Assembly: GCA_048498835.1 (NCBI GenBank)
Contig: JBEHXF010000005.1
Coordinates: 454 to 64,453, forward strand
Origin: Chlamydiota bacterium
Lineage (GTDB): Bacteria > Chlamydiota > Chlamydiia > Chlamydiales > SM23-39
Direction: 5' to 3'
Length of the DNA: 64,000 bases
Shown: one piece after another, positions 46,281 through 55,387 of the stretch
Numbering within the stretch: the first letter of the stretch is position 1
How the letters are laid out: every line of letters starts with the position of its first letter
Translations under genes and position numbers: made by a program
Notes under the pieces: generated by a model
What the model saw: the letters and a program-made list of their open reading frames with translations, nothing else
Database searches by the model: none
What the model was told of the DNA's origin: nothing

Positions 46281-47135
46281 TTACTTGCTAGTCTCTGGCG
46301 AGCCTTCAAATGATATGTGAGAGCTGTTGATTAAATAGTTCTCCCTTGAAACTACTTTTTTTAGTGTCTTTTCCTCTAATTCAACCCGAGCATTTTTTGC
46401 GATCCGGCCGCCTGTTTTAGCTGCTTTAGCATTTTCGGTGATTCCCGTGGCCTCTACGCTTTCTGCGATCTGTCTTGTCGAAAGTTCAGCAAGAGCCGTA
46501 AAAATTAGCTCTGCTTCTGTCATGTGATCTCTTAGATTTTCTGCTTTTATTTTTTTTATTTCTTTATGTTGTTTTACTGTAACCTCCGACCATTCTTGGT
46601 GAATTATATTAGTGAGAATGGCGAATTCTTTATTTTCTTTGATGTCATGATTTTTCCGGTAGTCAGTTAGTTTGTTTCGAGTTTCCTGCCCCATCATCCT
46701 TTGCTGAATCCATTTTTCACTGCGTCCCTGTTTTGACCATGCACCTCGCGCACGATTCAATGATTTTTCAGGATCTGCTATTTCTTGTATTCGCTCGTAA
46801 CCGACTGTAGCTAACCAAAGTTTGATCGGTTCCGCTTTAGGACTTGGAACTGATTGAATCAATCGTAAAATTGTCTCTGCACTTGCAACATCTGTGAGGT
46901 ATTTTTTACCGTCAGAGGCTTCCAATTCCAGTCGGTTACATTTTGTAACCGACTCGTTTCCCTCATTACGAAGTCGATTTTTTAATACTTTCCAATAGTT
47001 TCTAACTTTTTGAAAGTCAGGCTGTTGAATTAGTATTTGAAGAATGTCAACCACTGAAAAATACCAGGTCTCGGTGGATGCATCATATAAGCGGCGTATT
47101 TTGAAATTTTCGAATAAAGTTAAGTCATTTTTCAT
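46281..47135 (-). CDS. Bro-N/KilA-N-type (DinD-like, phage-antirepressor-like) protein
   Basis: N-terminal FENFKIRRLYD...WYFSVVDILQIL and RLIQSVPSPKAEPIKLWLATVGYERIQEI resemble the Bro-N / DNA-damage-inducible DinD family. It is adjacent to a tRNA pair. Confidence 0.55.
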   Translation of the reverse strand: MKNDLTLFENFKIRRLYDASTETWYFSVVDILQILIQQPDFQKVRNYWKVLKNRLRNEGNESVTKCNRLELEASDGKKYLTDVASAETILRLIQSVPSPKAEPIKLWLATVGYERIQEIADPEKSLNRARGAWSKQGRSEKWIQQRMMGQETRNKLTDYRKNHDIKENKEFAILTNIIHQEWSEVTVKQHKEIKKIKAENLRDHMTEAELIFTALAELSTRQIAESVEATGITENAKAAKTGGRIAKNARVELEEKTLKKVVSRENYLINSSHISFEGSPETSK

Positions 47136-47205
47136 GTGGGTGGCTCTGTTTGAGAGAAAGTATAGAACTGATTATCTTTCGACTCAAAGAAAAGTTTGTC
47201 GAGAA

Positions 47206-47868
47206 TCAGAGATTGGACAGAAACAATAGATTTATCTTTCGTGTCAGCTCAGGATGGTGGGGCAAAGAAGCCAATTCCGCAAAAGATCGGGAAAGCCCTC
47301 CGATTAGGAGGAGCTGGTACTCCTCTGCGGTCAGGCGGAGCGAGAGGGGTGGGGCATGGTTGTGACAAAAGCTTTCCCCTCCATAAAGGTGGGTGGCGGG
47401 AATCGGGCACTGGGTGCATTCGGGGGAGAGGTCGAGAAGCCCTTCAAGGGTCAAAAGCTTGAGGCGGAACGAAGCGGCCAGTGCGAGCGGATTCGAGGGG
47501 AGCTTGCGAAGGTAGGCGAGTGCGAGTTCGAAGAGAGCAGACGCAGATTTTCCGGGCATCTGCGTTTTCAGAAGATCTTGGGCGATTTGTCCGGCTGCTG
47601 AGAGGCAATTGTATTCTTTTTTCAGGAGCGAGAGATCGTCTAGAAGAGTCCCATCTTTTAGAAGATGCAATTCTTTTTTATCTTTGGCATAGACCCAGTC
47701 AGCTAAGACGAAGGGTGTGGTGAGAGCGGTGAAAGCCGATTTTTTTGAAGCAGCAAACTTCGCCATGAGCGAGACGAGTCCCTGATCGGGAGTGAACACC
47801 TTTAATATTCGGTGCGAATTGAGGTAGGGAATAGATTGAAGGAGAAGGCCGCTTGATCGTTGCTCCAT
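47206..47868 (-). CDS. recO: DNA repair protein RecO
   Basis: N-terminal OB-fold pattern GLLLQSIPYLNSHRILKVFTPDQGLVSLMAK. C-terminal Cys cluster CTQC...C.NH. About 220 aa. Confidence 0.75.
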   Translation of the reverse strand: MEQRSSGLLLQSIPYLNSHRILKVFTPDQGLVSLMAKFAASKKSAFTALTTPFVLADWVYAKDKKELHLLKDGTLLDDLSLLKKEYNCLSAAGQIAQDLLKTQMPGKSASALFELALAYLRKLPSNPLALAASFRLKLLTLEGLLDLSPECTQCPIPATHLYGGESFCHNHAPPLSLRLTAEEYQLLLIGGLSRSFAELASLPHHPELTRKINLLFLSNL

Positions 47869-47950
47869 GCTCTACAATTGTAGTCGATTAAAATCATCTT
47901 GTGAAGCGCTCTTCTTCCTGCTACGATAAGATTCCAATAAAGGATGCAAC

Positions 47951-48574
47951 ATGGCAAAACCAAATCTCCCACAAAATGATGGTTTCAATGTTTCTCTTGT
48001 TGGGAAACACTTTCAATTGACCGACGCGATTCGCAACTATGTCTTTGAAAAACTCGGCAAAGTTGACCGGATCACTGACCAAGTCATCGATGTGACCGTT
48101 ACGCTCGATGCGCAAAAGCTCGAGCATTCTTGCGCCATGTTGATGAATTTCATCCACTTTCACATCAAAGTGCAAGCGAGCACCGATAATATGTATTCGG
48201 CGATTGATAAGTGCATCGATCGTTTGATTACTCTCATCCGCAAGTACAAATCGAAGCTCCAGTCACACCGATTTAAGGATTTGACCACAGTCGACATCCA
48301 TGTCAACGTGATTCAGCCTTTGCAAGATGACCTCAAGATGATCAATGAGGATATCGAAGCTGAAAATGCCCGTCGTAAAGCAAGTGCAACGATCCTCCAT
48401 CCGATCGTCGCCAAAGAGACGATGAAACTCAAGACGCTGACGCAAGACGAAGCGGTCATCAAGATGGAACTCACTGGAGATCAGTTCCTCATCTATCGAT
48501 CCGAAGAAGATCAAAAGCTCAAAGTGATCTATCGGCGCAAAGATGATAACTACGGTCTAATCTTAGTACAATAG
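47951..48574 (+). CDS. hpf: ribosome hibernation promoting factor, long form
   Basis: VSLVGKHFQLTDAIRNYVFEKLGK (RaiA/HPF N-domain) plus a C-terminal dimerisation domain (FLIYRSEEDQKLKVIYRRKDDNYGLI). Confidence 0.85.
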   Translation: MAKPNLPQNDGFNVSLVGKHFQLTDAIRNYVFEKLGKVDRITDQVIDVTVTLDAQKLEHSCAMLMNFIHFHIKVQASTDNMYSAIDKCIDRLITLIRKYKSKLQSHRFKDLTTVDIHVNVIQPLQDDLKMINEDIEAENARRKASATILHPIVAKETMKLKTLTQDEAVIKMELTGDQFLIYRSEEDQKLKVIYRRKDDNYGLILVQ

Positions 48575-48963
48575 TGCTTCACTGTCTCATTCGCAATAAG
48601 AGCCTCGCTGACACTCCTGAAGAGAGGGTCAGACAGGCTCTTCTCTTTCAAATGCTCGGACCTCTCACCTTTCCTCGGTCTCTCGTCACCGTTGAAAAGC
48701 GGGTAGGAACGACTCGTCGCTCCGATATCGTCGCTTTTGCAAAAGTCGGAGAAGAGTTAAAACCTGTTGTTTTGATTGAATGCAAAGCAGAAGTCGTCAA
48801 TGAAGAGACCTATGCTCAAGCAGCGGGCTACAACGCTTTTCTCTCTGCCCCCTTTATTTGCTTAGCGCATGCGGGCGGTATTCGCACGTTTTGGAAAACC
48901 GACACAGGGCTCCAATCTGTTCCTTTTCTTCCACCTTATGCCCAATTGGTCCGATGTCTGTAG
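48574..48963 (+). CDS. HsdR-N-like (type I restriction enzyme R N-terminal domain) small protein
   Basis: EERVRQALLFQML...RSDIVAF...PVVLIECKA resembles the PD-(D/E)xK-like HSDR_N pattern. Confidence 0.55.
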   Translation: MLHCLIRNKSLADTPEERVRQALLFQMLGPLTFPRSLVTVEKRVGTTRRSDIVAFAKVGEELKPVVLIECKAEVVNEETYAQAAGYNAFLSAPFICLAHAGGIRTFWKTDTGLQSVPFLPPYAQLVRCL

Positions 48964-50180
48964 CCGATATCATTTGCAAAGTGGGCCTTTCAGTCGAATT
49001 TTACGACGAGATGCGCCCTTGGCTCGACGAGGTGGATGCTCGTCGCCTCTTTTTTATCGAAGAAAATCCCGATAAACTAAGTGAACTTGGAATCGATGCC
49101 ATTTTGCTTCGCAACGACAAACGAGTGCGTATTTTCTACCTCGAAACGCCTTTGTTGAAAGATAGTATTGCACAGAAGATCGGCTCTCTTTCTGCTTTTC
49201 GGACCCTTTCGGTTGTAGGCGATCCGCTCTGGAAAGAAAAAATTGAACGAGCTCATTTGGAAGCCGAGCTTTTAGCATCGGACGCCGCCGATTTTGGCGT
49301 AAAAATTCTAGCGCATCAAGCAGCGAATCTAAAATGGCCGCTCCGCTCCTTGCTCGATCTCAAAGGAGCTCAAAAAAATAGGCCAGCTATCGTCGCTGGA
49401 GCGGGTCCTTCGCTGGAGCAGACAGTGATTGGAAATGGATTTTTAATCGCCGCCGGCAACGCGATTAATTGCCTGAAGGTCAAACCCCATCTCGCTTTAG
49501 CCATTTGCCCTCATAATCCAGTGATACGACACCAATATCTGGATGTGCCGCTTTGTATTCAGTCTCGGTCTCATCCTGGTAGCGCTGAATCGGCAACCGG
49601 TGAAAAATTCTGGCTTCCCGATCCTCACTTTGGCCCTGGTTCTTTCCCCGGTGGGTGGACTGTGGGCAATACCGCTTTAGCTGTCGCCGTCCATTTAGGA
49701 TGCAATCCGATTGTCTTAGTCGGAATGGACTCTTGTTATCGCGAAGGGAAAAAATATGCCGGGAGCGAGGAAAAAGGGGGAGGCGTGATCGAAACTGTCG
49801 ATCGCGATGGGAATCGAGTTTATACGCAAGCCGATTGGATCCAATCGATCCGCTGGATGGAGGCTTTTGCCAAACTTCACCCGGAGATTGATTTTTACAA
49901 TGCAACACCATCCGGTCTTAAAATCGGAGAGCCCTTTCTAGAGCGATCTCTCGATTCATTTGAGTGGTCGAACGCAACGCCACTCCCGCTTTCCCCCATT
50001 CAAAAGATTCCCGCCTTGACGCCTCGGGATTTCTTCGACCCGCTCTGGCGCATCTGGCAACCTCTTTTTGAACGGGAGCTGATGACCGATTTGCAGCCTC
50101 TTTCTCTTGACGAGAAACTCGCTATCCAGAAAGATCTGTTTTTTGCCCAGGTGTTAGAGGAACATAGCTATGCACGATGA
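48954..50180 (+). CDS. MptE-like/DUF115 (Maf-like) protein, paralog 1
   Basis: PAIVAGAGPSLEQ ... LIAAGNA ... GNTALAVAVHLGCNPIVLVGMDSCY. I chose the start at MSVADII (48954). Confidence 0.55.
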   Translation: MSVADIICKVGLSVEFYDEMRPWLDEVDARRLFFIEENPDKLSELGIDAILLRNDKRVRIFYLETPLLKDSIAQKIGSLSAFRTLSVVGDPLWKEKIERAHLEAELLASDAADFGVKILAHQAANLKWPLRSLLDLKGAQKNRPAIVAGAGPSLEQTVIGNGFLIAAGNAINCLKVKPHLALAICPHNPVIRHQYLDVPLCIQSRSHPGSAESATGEKFWLPDPHFGPGSFPGGWTVGNTALAVAVHLGCNPIVLVGMDSCYREGKKYAGSEEKGGGVIETVDRDGNRVYTQADWIQSIRWMEAFAKLHPEIDFYNATPSGLKIGEPFLERSLDSFEWSNATPLPLSPIQKIPALTPRDFFDPLWRIWQPLFERELMTDLQPLSLDEKLAIQKDLFFAQVLEEHSYAR

Positions 50181-50718
50181 TAAGCTCGACGGAACCTCTC
50201 TTTGGTTCGCTCCAGATGGAACCCTCTTGTCGGATCAAGGGTACCGCAGTGGCGAGCGCAATGGCATTTGCCGTCATTTTTACCGTTCTGGCGCGCTTTA
50301 CCGCTCTGAATCGTTTAAAGACGGGAAAAAAGAGGGACTGCAAGAGTCTTTTTATGAATCAGGTCAGTTGAAAACTCACGAAAATTACCTCGCAGGTCAA
50401 CGGCATGGCGCAGTACTTCTCTATTGGGAATCGGGCAAACTCAAACGGCGCTGCGCTTTTGAACAGGGGCGTCGACACGGAAAAGATGAGATCTGGAGTT
50501 CACAAGGACAGCTTCTCGACGAGGGATGTTTTGAATACGGCAAGCCGGTGGGTCGCCACCTTCGCTTTTCTCCAGAAGGACACTTATTAGAAGAGATCGA
50601 TTATCTCCCCAACGGAAAATGGAACTACCGCTGCTGGGATAAAGAAAAAGTGATGCGCGCCGAAATCCGATGGCTAGATGAACACAATTACTACGAGAAG
50701 AAATGGAGCAGCGATTAA
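50170..50718 (+). CDS. MORN-variant (YwqK-like) repeat protein
   Basis: Repeated Y..G...G units (YRSGERNGICRHFY, FKDGKKEGLQESFY, YLAGQRHGAVLLYW, FEQGRRHGKDEIW, FEYGKPVGRHLRF). It overlaps both flanking DUF115 genes. Confidence 0.7.
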   Translation: MHDDKLDGTSLWFAPDGTLLSDQGYRSGERNGICRHFYRSGALYRSESFKDGKKEGLQESFYESGQLKTHENYLAGQRHGAVLLYWESGKLKRRCAFEQGRRHGKDEIWSSQGQLLDEGCFEYGKPVGRHLRFSPEGHLLEEIDYLPNGKWNYRCWDKEKVMRAEIRWLDEHNYYEKKWSSD

Positions 50719-52256
50719 ATAAACTCCGGCTCTTAGCAGCTGCATGGGAACCAAAAAAAATACCCGCCGCCGATTTAACCGATTGGCGCAGCAAGCTCTC
50801 GCTTGAAAAAATTGAAATTCTCTACATCTTGGGACTCGGCTCAGCGTATAACCATCTACAAGACTGGCTGAAAAGGGATGCAAAAAGGCGGCTCATCTTT
50901 TTAGAACAAGATGGGGGAAACATCGCTTGCGCAGTTGCTGAAGAGCACCCCTTGCTTCAAGATCCTCAAGTGGAGCTCGAATGGCTCCCTCCGGAACATG
51001 AACCGCTTCTCCAAGAGCTCGCGGAGCGCTACCCCGCGAAAGCCATTGAAGTGGTCGCTTTGCCAGGACAAGACGCTGAAACGATTCGGCTCGAACTCTT
51101 GCGAAAAACCACCCTGTCAAATGCTCTTCACCAAGATCGTCTCCATGGCTACCAGCCCTTTGAAAATTTTGTCCAAAATATCGCTCATCTGAAAGATGCC
51201 TTTTATGCCAATGGACTGCGAAACGCCTTTAAAAATATCCCAGCGATCATCTGCGGCGCCGGACCCTCTCTTCAACAAGCCTTGCCGCTCCTCGCCGAAC
51301 TCGAAGGGCGAGCTCTCATCATCGCCGCAGGCTCTGCCATCGCAGCGCTCAGCGCAGCGGGTATCGAGCCCCACTTCGCCGTTGCGATCGATCCGAATCT
51401 CGAAGAATACCGCCGCTTCAAAAACAGCTTTGCGTTCGATTGTCCTCTCCTCATTTCGACCCGCGTATTTCCCGGTATTTTCTCTACGTGCAACGGTCCC
51501 ATCGGCTATCTTCGCTCGGGCATCGGCGGTATCCCGGAGCTATGGCTAGAAGAAGAACTCAAACTGACCGATCCGCTCCTTGGCGAACATCTCTCTGAAG
51601 AGTCCATCTCAGTCGCTCCGATCTGCGCTGCCTATGCGCAACTCCTCGGTTGCTCGACCATCCTTCTCGCTGGCGTCGATCTCGCCTATACAGATGGCAA
51701 GCGATATGCCGAGAACGTTTCGACCGAAACGGCAGAGCTCAGAGAAATTGAAGCAGAAAAAAGTGTGTCGGATCGCATCCTCTATCGAGCTGATAAGCAG
51801 GGACGCTCCGTTGCCACAGCCGTCCGATGGCTTATGGAAGCTTCGAGTCTCTCGCATTACGCTTCTAAACATCATGAAATTCAATGGATCAACACGACAG
51901 AAGGGGGACTTCCAATCTCTCACTTTGAAAACCTTCCTCTCTACCGGTCCGTCGAGCGTTTTTGCACAGTCCAAACCGACCTACGCGGTCGCATCGCACG
52001 GGAAATCGCTCTTCATCCCATGCCTAACCCTACAGGCAAGCTCACTGAACTCAAAGAGAGTCTCGATCGATTGATCGATCATTTGCAAATTCTGACGGGG
52101 GAGAAAAAAGGTTCTACAGCGCTGGCTGAAGTGGAGCTGCAAGACGAGCTGGCCACCTCGATTCTCTTTTATGATATTGAGCGGCTCTTGCCAAAAGAAA
52201 GCCGGTGGGAATTTTATCTAGACCTCGCTAGGAAGTACCAAACTCGATTGGGTTAG
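50703..52256 (+). CDS. MptE-like/DUF115 (Maf-like) protein, paralog 2
   Basis: PAIICGAGPSLQQALPLL ... LIIAAGSA ... YAQLLGCSTILLAGVDLAYTDGKRYA. Confidence 0.55.
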   Translation: MEQRLNKLRLLAAAWEPKKIPAADLTDWRSKLSLEKIEILYILGLGSAYNHLQDWLKRDAKRRLIFLEQDGGNIACAVAEEHPLLQDPQVELEWLPPEHEPLLQELAERYPAKAIEVVALPGQDAETIRLELLRKTTLSNALHQDRLHGYQPFENFVQNIAHLKDAFYANGLRNAFKNIPAIICGAGPSLQQALPLLAELEGRALIIAAGSAIAALSAAGIEPHFAVAIDPNLEEYRRFKNSFAFDCPLLISTRVFPGIFSTCNGPIGYLRSGIGGIPELWLEEELKLTDPLLGEHLSEESISVAPICAAYAQLLGCSTILLAGVDLAYTDGKRYAENVSTETAELREIEAEKSVSDRILYRADKQGRSVATAVRWLMEASSLSHYASKHHEIQWINTTEGGLPISHFENLPLYRSVERFCTVQTDLRGRIAREIALHPMPNPTGKLTELKESLDRLIDHLQILTGEKKGSTALAEVELQDELATSILFYDIERLLPKESRWEFYLDLARKYQTRLG

Positions 52257-54131
52257 CTCTCGAATCAAAACCGCTTCTTTTTCTTCTCGCCTTTTGGGGA
52301 TTTGTTCCATGACGTCTATTTTTTCTTGCTCTCTTGCAAACGATTGATTCTCCAATCGTTCCAATTCGTCATGCATATCCTTCAAGATCTCAGCGAATTT
52401 TTCTGGGTAGACCTTTCTTATTTTCCGACCCCAAAGAGGAGATTCGAGAAGGATAGACAATCGATCGTCAGTCTCTTTTAGAATTTGTTCTTTTACTTGA
52501 TTGATTTCTTCCGCAGTAAGGGGACACATGCCGGGAAAGAGCATATTTTGAGTAGTAATTGGCAGTTTCAAATCCTCTTTGAGATTAATACGCACAGCGA
52601 GCTGCACCTCGACTACATCTCCCAGCCCTCGTTCTTCGGCGATTTTCTGAGCCAATGCATCGACTCGGTTCAACCGTTCATAGCCGATTAAAAGTTCTGA
52701 ATACTGCATCAGGTCAAGATCTTCAATCAAGAGTCTTCTCTGAATGTCAATGTGCGCTGATACTTGGGTCGTTCGATCGCCACAGCGAGCATTAGCGTCA
52801 CTGAGAAGTCCTAAAAGTAGCTCTTGAAATTCTCGATTTTCATTCGCAGTGACCATCATCTGATGAACTTGTAAAATGAGATCTTTCTTAGCTACGCTGT
52901 TCCTTATAAAATCTTCTGTGCTTTCCAAATTTAAGAGGTAGGGTGAGAGTTCGTCTTGGATTGCTCCTGGAAGAGCTTGAGCCAGCTCCTCACTAGATGG
53001 AAAGGGATAAAAATGGGGGTAATCTGCTTCCGGATAGGCCTCTTTAAAGAGTAAATCCCAACGTTGTAAAACTGAATGAGCGAGAAGGTTTTGTTCTAAG
53101 CGCATACGATTCTCTAAGCTTTGGACGCTGGGAGGTATGTTTCTGATATCATTTTGGGAAATATTTAAACTGCGGAGATGGGTGAGTTGATCGAATACAT
53201 CGGGAATCTCTCTTAGAAGATTACCTTGTAAGTAAACGTGTTCGAGTAGGGAAAGTTCCCCGATCCAAGAAGGGATAGACCTGAGCTCATTGTTTGAGAA
53301 ATTTAAATTTTTCAGATTAGTGAATTGTCGAATGCAATTAGGTAACTCACTAAAATTATTGTATTCAAAATTTAGAGTATGAAGCCTTAAAAGACGATCG
53401 AATCCCTCTGGCAGCTCAGTTAGTTCATTCCCATTCAAAGTCAAAATGTAGAGCCGCGATAGATGTTGAATAGAGTCGGGCAATTCCGTGAGGAGATTTC
53501 TCGCGAGATTTAAATGATCAATGTTGGAAAGCTCCCCAATCCAATCTGGGAGTCTGGTGAGTTCATTATTCGAAAGATCTAACGTATGTAACTGTCTAAA
53601 GTCACGTATAAATTCCGGTACTTCTTGAAGAGATGTATTTGAAAGAGAAAGATTACGCAGATGAGCGCAACTCCTTAAGGCCTCGGACAGCTGAATTCCT
53701 TCATTACCAGAAAGAAGTAAAATGTTGAGCTGTGAAAGATTTCCGATCTCATCGGGCAGACGGGCGATCTGATTCCTTATAAGATTCAAGATTCTAAGGT
53801 TCGTAAGCTCCCCAATACTATTTGGTACGGCGTTGAGATCATTATCAGTAAGTTCTAATAACTCAAGATGGATGAGTTTTCCAATGCAGGAGGGAAGGGA
53901 GGAAAGGCCTAGATGATCCAGATAAAGATTCGGATCTTTTGTTTCAAAAGATTGAAGAATTCTTTGCGCCGCCTCTTGTTTATCCCCTGTTACCGATGCA
54001 TCATGGATCCATGTCTGTAGCTCGTTGCGCAGTGTTCGCAATGTCTGATTATGAACCTGTTTCGCCCTGGCCCATCGGAGAAAAATAGGAGCCGCAACTA
54101 AAGTGACCGTAGCTGCGGGTATCCCAATCAA
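52218..54131 (-). CDS. LRR protein with C-terminal NEL (IpaH/SspH-type novel E3 ubiquitin ligase) domain
   Basis: About 12 LRRs of 23 residues (L..L.L..N.L..LP..IG.L). The C-terminal half has ARCGDRTT (CxD motif, Cys codon 52782..52784), LIGYERLNRVD and VVEVQLAVRINLKEDLKLPITT, collinear with IpaH NEL. The ORF as given starts at TTG, and an upstream ATG (54215) is cut off by an in-frame TAA. Confidence 0.8.
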   Translation of the reverse strand: MIGIPAATVTLVAAPIFLRWARAKQVHNQTLRTLRNELQTWIHDASVTGDKQEAAQRILQSFETKDPNLYLDHLGLSSLPSCIGKLIHLELLELTDNDLNAVPNSIGELTNLRILNLIRNQIARLPDEIGNLSQLNILLLSGNEGIQLSEALRSCAHLRNLSLSNTSLQEVPEFIRDFRQLHTLDLSNNELTRLPDWIGELSNIDHLNLARNLLTELPDSIQHLSRLYILTLNGNELTELPEGFDRLLRLHTLNFEYNNFSELPNCIRQFTNLKNLNFSNNELRSIPSWIGELSLLEHVYLQGNLLREIPDVFDQLTHLRSLNISQNDIRNIPPSVQSLENRMRLEQNLLAHSVLQRWDLLFKEAYPEADYPHFYPFPSSEELAQALPGAIQDELSPYLLNLESTEDFIRNSVAKKDLILQVHQMMVTANENREFQELLLGLLSDANARCGDRTTQVSAHIDIQRRLLIEDLDLMQYSELLIGYERLNRVDALAQKIAEERGLGDVVEVQLAVRINLKEDLKLPITTQNMLFPGMCPLTAEEINQVKEQILKETDDRLSILLESPLWGRKIRKVYPEKFAEILKDMHDELERLENQSFAREQEKIDVMEQIPKRREEKEAVLIRELTQSSLVLPSEV

Positions 54132-54373
54132 AGTCTCTTTGCTCTGCTCAGCTTAAAAGTCACAGACGGGTTGGAGGTTTGAGAGTAATCCGCTGGCAAT
54201 CGAATTCAGGGACATAATCATCCATTTTTAAAATTGTTATGATTATTATAATATAAAATTATAATAAAATGAATTTTAATATTAGTAATTTGATGAGTTT
54301 AGATAATTTCTGCGGATATTTTTTTATTGACCTACTTCTATCCCGAAAATCGAAGTCGATTCATGGATAGCAG

Positions 54374-55324
54374 TTATCCAGCCCTACTTGAAGAGATCGG
54401 ATTAGGCCTATAGGATTCTCTGGGGATTTGAACGAACGGGCTTGTATTGTTTCTTTCGACTATTTGTAATCTCTGCGCTGGAATATATTCGATAGTTGAA
54501 AGAGGTAGAATGGGGATCATTGTTTCCTGTCTTAACAATTGTCCAGGGTTTCTTAGGAAAGGCACAGAGGTTAGATTGGAGAGCGCATCCATGGAGTCGG
54601 GTAAATTGTTTAGCCTGTTGCGGCTAAGATCTAAATAAACTAATTGTGTGAGCTGGCCGAACGTGTCTGGTAGACTTGTCAGCACATTATTGGATAGATC
54701 GAATTCACGCAATTCTGTGAGCCGACTGATGCAGTCTGGTATTTGTTCGAGGTTATTAGAGGCGAGATTTAGTTGAGTTAATTGTGTGAGCCGACTGATG
54801 CAGTCTGGTATTTGTTCGAGGTTATTAGAGGCGAGATTTAGTTGAGTTAATTGTGTGAGCTGGCTCATTGAGTCTGGTAGGTTTCCAATTGAGTTATTGT
54901 TTAATCCCAGATAAGTTAATTGGGTGAGCTCGCTAATCCAATCCGGTATCGCATGTAGTGCGTTATTGGAAAAATCGCATTGAATCAATTGTTTGATCTT
55001 TCTAAGACAGGGGGGAAGCGAAGTAAGACCCAGGTTGGCTAAATCAAGGCTCCTTCGGTTTTCCCGAATCATTTCTAATATTTTTTCTTTTGCTGCACGT
55101 TTTAGGCCTTGTACGTCGGGATCGCGAACCCATTGGTTGAGCTCTGTTTCTATCGTTTTATACAGCGCTACGTGAGTTAAATGGGATTGGTTTTGAGCCA
55201 TCAAGTTAAATACCGGGCTAGCGGCTAGCATGGCGGCGTTGGAAACTGGATCTTGCATTTCGTGATCAAGTTCCGAAGAATTAAATGTTTGAGAGCTGGA
55301 AAGGCGGTTTATTTCTGATGCCAT
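54374..55324 (-). CDS. LRR protein, IpaH-like N-terminal module, no NEL domain
   Basis: ELNQWVRDPDVQGLKRAAKEKILEM...LDLANLGLTSLP followed by 23-aa LRRs. Contains a perfect one-repeat duplication. Confidence 0.8.
   Translation of the reverse strand: MASEINRLSSSQTFNSSELDHEMQDPVSNAAMLAASPVFNLMAQNQSHLTHVALYKTIETELNQWVRDPDVQGLKRAAKEKILEMIRENRRSLDLANLGLTSLPPCLRKIKQLIQCDFSNNALHAIPDWISELTQLTYLGLNNNSIGNLPDSMSQLTQLTQLNLASNNLEQIPDCISRLTQLTQLNLASNNLEQIPDCISRLTELREFDLSNNVLTSLPDTFGQLTQLVYLDLSRNRLNNLPDSMDALSNLTSVPFLRNPGQLLRQETMIPILPLSTIEYIPAQRLQIVERNNTSPFVQIPRESYRPNPISSSRAG
54716..54860. repeat. perfect 69-bp tandem duplication (2 copies plus 7 nt) equal to one 23-residue LRR
   Basis: 54716..54784 is identical to 54785..53853-equivalent copy 54785..54853. 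At protein level NLASNNLEQIPDCISRLTQLTQL is repeated. Confidence 0.9.
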
Positions 55325-55387
55325 GTTTTTCTTTGTTTTTCTGTTTAATTATAAAATAAGGATGAATAAAAATCATTATTAATAGGT

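Noticed and set aside
54716-54860. An exact short tandem repeat could be mistaken for a CRISPR-like or minisatellite feature.
   Set aside because: There are only two contiguous copies with no spacers, they are in-frame inside a coding LRR gene, and the unit equals one protein repeat.
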